Shown: one piece after another, positions 59,870-64,000 of the stretch | How the letters are laid out: the number at the start of each line of letters is the position of its first letter | Numbering within the stretch: the first letter of the stretch is position 1 | Origin: Basidiobolus meristosporus CBS 931.73 | Lineage: Eukaryota; Fungi; Basidiobolomycota | Direction of reading: 5' to 3' | Assembly (NCBI GenBank): GCA_002104905.1 | Contig: MCFE01000126.1 | Coordinates: forward strand, 96,814 to 160,813 | Length of the DNA: 64,000 nucleotides | Program-made: the position numbers and the translations under genes | The notes under the pieces: generated by a model | What the model saw: the letters and a program-made list of their open reading frames with translations, nothing else | What the model was told of the DNA's origin: nothing | Databases searched by the model: none

Positions 59870-62623
59870 CTACTGTTGTAGCTTTGATACAAGAGTGTGT
59901 AGCTGAGGGGAATTTGTAGGTAAGTTAATAAGAAGTGATGATAGCTCTTCAGTGCTCAAGACACTGTTCAGTGGGAAGGGGGGTAGCAAGAGAGGTAAGA
60001 ATGACTTGTGAACAACATTAATGAGGGGAATGTGATAAGGATTGATATTCATCATAAAGGGAGTGTGCTGCTGCAGATATTGCTGCCAAAGGTCTGTCAA
60101 GTACTTCAGGTAGGCCAGCTTGGGTTTTTCTGACTGCAGAATATAGTGAGCAAACTTCTTGACTTCAGGATCTCCAAGTATAGTTCTCCAGCAGGAGTCA
60201 GGTGTTGTGTGGTGTGTTCTCTTCCAGGCCTTAATCAGTGGGTTGTTGCAGTTGTGAAGTCTGAGGTATAATCTGGTTCTAAGGTAGAGAAGTCTGATCT
60301 TATAGGGCATAAACCCAAAAGCACCAAGAATAGCATGTCTGTAGGGGCATTCAGGCAAATGAGGCACCAAGGAGGTAATGCACCATACTGCAAACTTGTC
60401 AAGCTTAGTGCAGTCTCTAGAAGTAAGAGAGAGAAGTGGTAAGCCAAATTCCAGGACAGGGAAGACAAACTGCTTGAGTAGAAGGAGGCAGCTGGGAGCT
60501 GAAGTTGTAGGAGGAGTAACAGCCAGTAGCTTGTGGAGTGCCTGTCTTGCCAGGATAATTCTCTTCTTCAGATGTGCTCCAGAGTCTAGTCCAGTAGGAA
60601 GGAAAGGAAAGCCAAGATATGTAGCAGAAACCTGAGCAGGTAGAGTGGAGTTCTCCAAGTTGATAGGAGAGCCCAAAGGTACTGTCTTTGCAATGGAGAG
60701 CTGGAGATTATTCTTCTGCAGATACTGCTGGATGGTCTGGGAGTCTTGTTGCACATTGGAGGAGGATATTCTGATGTCATCAGCAAAGAGAGTAACCAGG
60801 CAGTCAGCTGAGAGTCTTGGGAAATCATTCAGGAAGATGGCAAACAGTATAGGACCAAGCACAGAGCCTTGAACCACTCCATTAGGAACTGAGAACACAG
60901 CTGATTGCTCACTTGGGTGCAGAATTCTTGCTTGTGGATCCAGAAACAGAGACCTGACAAGGAGGGTGAGAGAGGTACTGGAGAAGCATTGCAACTTGGA
61001 CCAAAGCAGATTTCTGTCAACTGAATCAAAGGCCTTAGTAATATCAAACAGAACAGAGGGATACTTGCACTGGAGAGAGTGATCTTGGCTAAGTATGACT
61101 GCATATTCCAAGGAGAGGCCAGGAACAAAGCCAAACTGTGCAGGATGAAACTTGAGGGAGTCAGAGTAGAGCTCCTGAGCAAGCAGAAGCTCAAACACCT
61201 TTCTGCAGGTGGGCAGCAGAGATATTGGCCTGTAGGAGCTAGGATCCAGGTGCTTTCCTTTACCCTTGTACAGTGGCAGAACATTTGCAAAGGACCATTC
61301 CTCAGGAGTAGAAAGCTGGGCTGAGTATTGCTGAAACAGTTGAAGCAGAAGTGCAGACATGGCCTTGGTACTAGTCTTCAGAAGCTCATAAGAGATTGTG
61401 TCCACACCTGGAGCAGTAGAGTTGGGAAGCCTCTTGAGCACATTATGGATTCTCCTTTGATCAAGTGCAAGTGGGATGGGCAGAGTCTTGAAGTCAGGAT
61501 GAAAGCCAGGAGTTGAGTACTGCTTTGTAGAGAAGAAGATGTTAGCCAGCTGTTCTGTTGAAGGTAACTTCCTGGAAGAGGGCCTCATTGCCCTGTAGAG
61601 TCTTGATACTGTTCTTGTTATAGAGTTGGAAGATTGCAGAGGCAAAGAACTCATAATATGATCCCAGAGCTGAGTATGCAGAGTGTGGTGAATTGCCTTG
61701 GAGTGGTGTATTGCTGTCAGGAGGAGTTTCTCTGTTTTTGGGTTAGGGAAACTCAGGTAGCTTTGTTGCAGGGCTGAAACAATGGATTCCCATTTTCTTG
61801 AGGTAACAGCAGTAGTCTTGCATGGCAGTGAGAGGGAGGCAGACACCAGAATCAGATGCTTCACAAAGAGCCAGGCATAGTTGAGATCATCTGGCAGAGA
61901 AAGTAGCAAACTGGCAAGCTTCAAGTAGTTCCCAAAGTCTTTCTTCTGATTCTTGGTAGCTTTGTGGGTGAGCACAGTAAGTTTTGGCAGCTTCTTCTTC
62001 ACAACTGGTTGCATAGAAAGGGACCAGGCTGGATGGTCAGAGGCTCTCAAGGATCCTAGCTCAGCTCCAGAGAATTGCTTAACTTCATTCACAAAGTAGA
62101 GGGCAGCAGCAGAAGGGCAGATCCAGTCAACACATCTTTTCTCAGATTGAGCACCTAGTGCTAGCAGGTGGCTTTCTCTCAGGAAGTTCAGTAGGAATGT
62201 AGACCTTGGCTTCATTCTTGCAGTCAGAGTAGTCTTGTTCTCAGGATGGGGAATGTTGAGATCTCCAAGCAAGATAACAGGTGTTGATATAGATTGTTGG
62301 TATTGCTGAACCTTCTGGCATATAACTTGCACTTCTTGAAGGGCAAGACTTGGAGGCAGATAGCAGAGCACCAGACTGATAGTTGGCAACTGGAGAGCAG
62401 CACAGTAAGGGGAGTAAAGAGGAACACAGAGCTGAGGAGTATTGATGGTAGAAGAGATGAAGCAGATAGAGGAGGTATTCTTTGTTCTAGGAGTAGAAAA
62501 GCAATATAGATTAGTCAAAAGTATAGAGGGTAGCTGGACATCAATCAAACACAGGAGGGAAAATCTTGAAAGAAGTCTCTCTAGAGTTGGTCTTGATGGC
62601 TGTATGCTGTTGCAGTTAAGCAA
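59870..62623 (-). CDS. LINE ORF2: AP-endonuclease + reverse transcriptase, 917 codons, uninterrupted
   Basis: APE motifs LNCN, YLPP, GDLN, VDWI, SDH. RT motifs APGVD, YRPISLL, QFGF, DITKAFDSVD, GVVQGSVLGP, LFADD, YLG. No ATG at the start. Confidence 0.92.
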   Translation of the reverse strand: MLNCNSIQPSRPTLERLLSRFSLLCLIDVQLPSILLTNLYCFSTPRTKNTSSICFISSTINTPQLCVPLYSPYCAALQLPTISLVLCYLPPSLALQEVQVICQKVQQYQQSISTPVILLGDLNIPHPENKTTLTARMKPRSTFLLNFLRESHLLALGAQSEKRCVDWICPSAAALYFVNEVKQFSGAELGSLRASDHPAWSLSMQPVVKKKLPKLTVLTHKATKNQKKDFGNYLKLASLLLSLPDDLNYAWLFVKHLILVSASLSLPCKTTAVTSRKWESIVSALQQSYLSFPNPKTEKLLLTAIHHSKAIHHTLHTQLWDHIMSSLPLQSSNSITRTVSRLYRAMRPSSRKLPSTEQLANIFFSTKQYSTPGFHPDFKTLPIPLALDQRRIHNVLKRLPNSTAPGVDTISYELLKTSTKAMSALLLQLFQQYSAQLSTPEEWSFANVLPLYKGKGKHLDPSSYRPISLLPTCRKVFELLLAQELYSDSLKFHPAQFGFVPGLSLEYAVILSQDHSLQCKYPSVLFDITKAFDSVDRNLLWSKLQCFSSTSLTLLVRSLFLDPQARILHPSEQSAVFSVPNGVVQGSVLGPILFAIFLNDFPRLSADCLVTLFADDIRISSSNVQQDSQTIQQYLQKNNLQLSIAKTVPLGSPINLENSTLPAQVSATYLGFPFLPTGLDSGAHLKKRIILARQALHKLLAVTPPTTSAPSCLLLLKQFVFPVLEFGLPLLSLTSRDCTKLDKFAVWCITSLVPHLPECPYRHAILGAFGFMPYKIRLLYLRTRLYLRLHNCNNPLIKAWKRTHHTTPDSCWRTILGDPEVKKFAHYILQSEKPKLAYLKYLTDLWQQYLQQHTPFMMNINPYHIPLINVVHKSFLPLLLPPFPLNSVLSTEELSSLLINLPTNSPQLHTLVSKLQQ

Positions 62624-62638
62624 CAGAACTTCAGGTAG

Positions 62639-63957
62639 TCAGGCAGAGGTTGTAGCTTCTTCAGAGGCAGCATTGATAATGTGACCTGCAGAGTCCCAGA
62701 GCTCTTCAAATGGTGCATCACTTAAGTCAGCAAGGAGAGAAATGGCATGATTCTTGAGGAAGTATGCCACATCATAGGAGGGGGCTTGTCTCTTGATGGC
62801 AGCAAAGAAAGACAGAATGGCAACATGGGCTGGAGGCTTGTTGAACAGTAGAGAGTCAGAGGATTCAGATTCTTCAGGCACTATCTTGAAGTCAGTTTTC
62901 AGCCAGTTAAGGTTCTTCTCCACAAAGGTAACAAATGGGTCAGCAATGTTTTGGTCTAGGATAACCTCCAGAATCTTCCCTTTTCTCCAGGCCAGGTTGA
63001 CAATTCTTGAGAGCTGAATATTGCATGCCTTGAGTGCTTTCCTGATGTTGGAAATGGGAGTCCAGGGAACTTGCTTCAAGTACACCACAGTCCAGGTAGA
63101 AGCTGGTGGTAGGTTTGCTGGGGGCTTGTAAGTCCTTCTGTGTTGCAATGGAGCTGCAGTAGTCAGATTGGAGTCCACATTCTCAGTAGAAGGTTTTCTT
63201 GATGTGTCTTGCTGAATGGTACTGGAGCTGGATGTGCTGATAATTCTTGCTAGAACCTTGCCTGCATAAGTCTGAGGTATAGCTGAGGTGACTGTAGAGG
63301 TGGTGGCAGCTGGTGCAGGTGGAGAGGCAGAGACTGAAGCAGGAACTGAGGTCACCTGGGAGAAGGCAGTGGAAGCAGGTTTTCTGGGAGGAACAGAGTT
63401 CACTATCCAGTTGTTCTGTAAAGCACTGGAGTAGCTTTTCTGTGGAACAGGATCTTGCTCTTGAACAGGAACAGAAGCAGGAGGCTGGGGCTGAGCAGTA
63501 GTGGTAAGGCAGTGGCACTCCAAGGAAGCTTTTTGCAAGGCATCTCTGGCAGTTTTCAGGGCAGTATTGGCTTCATTCTTGAGCTTCTTGCATTGGGCAT
63601 CCAGTCTCTTGTTTTCAATAGCCAGGGCATGTATTGGCAGCCTCTAATATCAGCAATTCTCTTCTCAATTGCAAGGAATCTCTGAAGAAATGCATCAGTA
63701 GAAGTGCTGGCATCTGGGAGAGCAGTGGCAGGAATAGAGTCCATTGACAGTGGGCTTCTTGGAGGCAAGGAAAGTGGACTGGCAGATTCAGGCACAAAAG
63801 GAGATATCCTGGCAGGAGGAGAAGGAGTATCCAAGGCAGTAACAGAGGCAATTCTTGTTGGTGAAGCAGCAGCAGGGGAGGCAAGCCTGTTCAGAAACTG
63901 GGCAGGAGAGAGTGCTTGAGGAGAGGGAGTCTTCAGCTTGCCAAGCATGTCTTCCAT
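62639..63957 (-). pseudogene. LINE ORF1 (P/S/A-rich, coiled coil), apparently with two +1 frameshifts near 63648 and 63632
   Basis: ORFs 63556-63957 and 62639-63538 join into a continuous heptad (EKRIAD-LEAAN-HALAIENKRLDAQCKKLKNE) if two single bases are removed. Confidence 0.6.
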
Positions 63958-64000
63958 CAGAGTGATACCAATATTCCTGGTGCATTTGCAGAGAAAAGTA

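Larger units (their letters stand above)
59812..64000 (-). mobile_element. Non-LTR retrotransposon (APE-RT LINE) inserted at telomeric repeats
   Basis: ORF2 59870-62623 plus upstream ORF1. A 58-nt 3' UTR with AATAAA abuts (CCCTAA)7 on the minus strand. Confidence 0.9.

Overview
Eukaryotic, fungal-type window (short GT-AG introns, TTAGGG repeats). It looks like an early-diverging fungus, which is inference only, and appears to run into a chromosome end. 1-24.3 kb: AT-rich, CpG-depleted graveyard of nested Ty1/copia elements, solo LTRs and CACTA/CMC relics. 25.3-42.9 kb: CpG-rich gene block with a divergent GAL10-GAL1 pair, GDP-mannose pyrophosphorylase, DUF4536-like, CLASP-like, BRAT1-like, Aquarius and a methyltransferase-zinc finger gene. 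44.4-55.1 kb: five tandem secreted CHAP (peptidoglycan hydrolase-like) genes and an intron-containing secreted cholesterol-dependent-cytolysin-like gene, a possible bacteria-derived antibacterial island. 56.3-58.3 kb: CACTA transposase relic. 58.7-64 kb: telomere-repeat array holding two 520-bp tRNA-headed SINE-like elements and an APE-RT LINE. All are inserted in the same register next to TTAGGG and share a 3' stem-loop tail. The LINE ORF1 and ORF2 are in frame across a single UGA-CUA. Everything was read by eye, so coordinates of degenerate elements are approximate.
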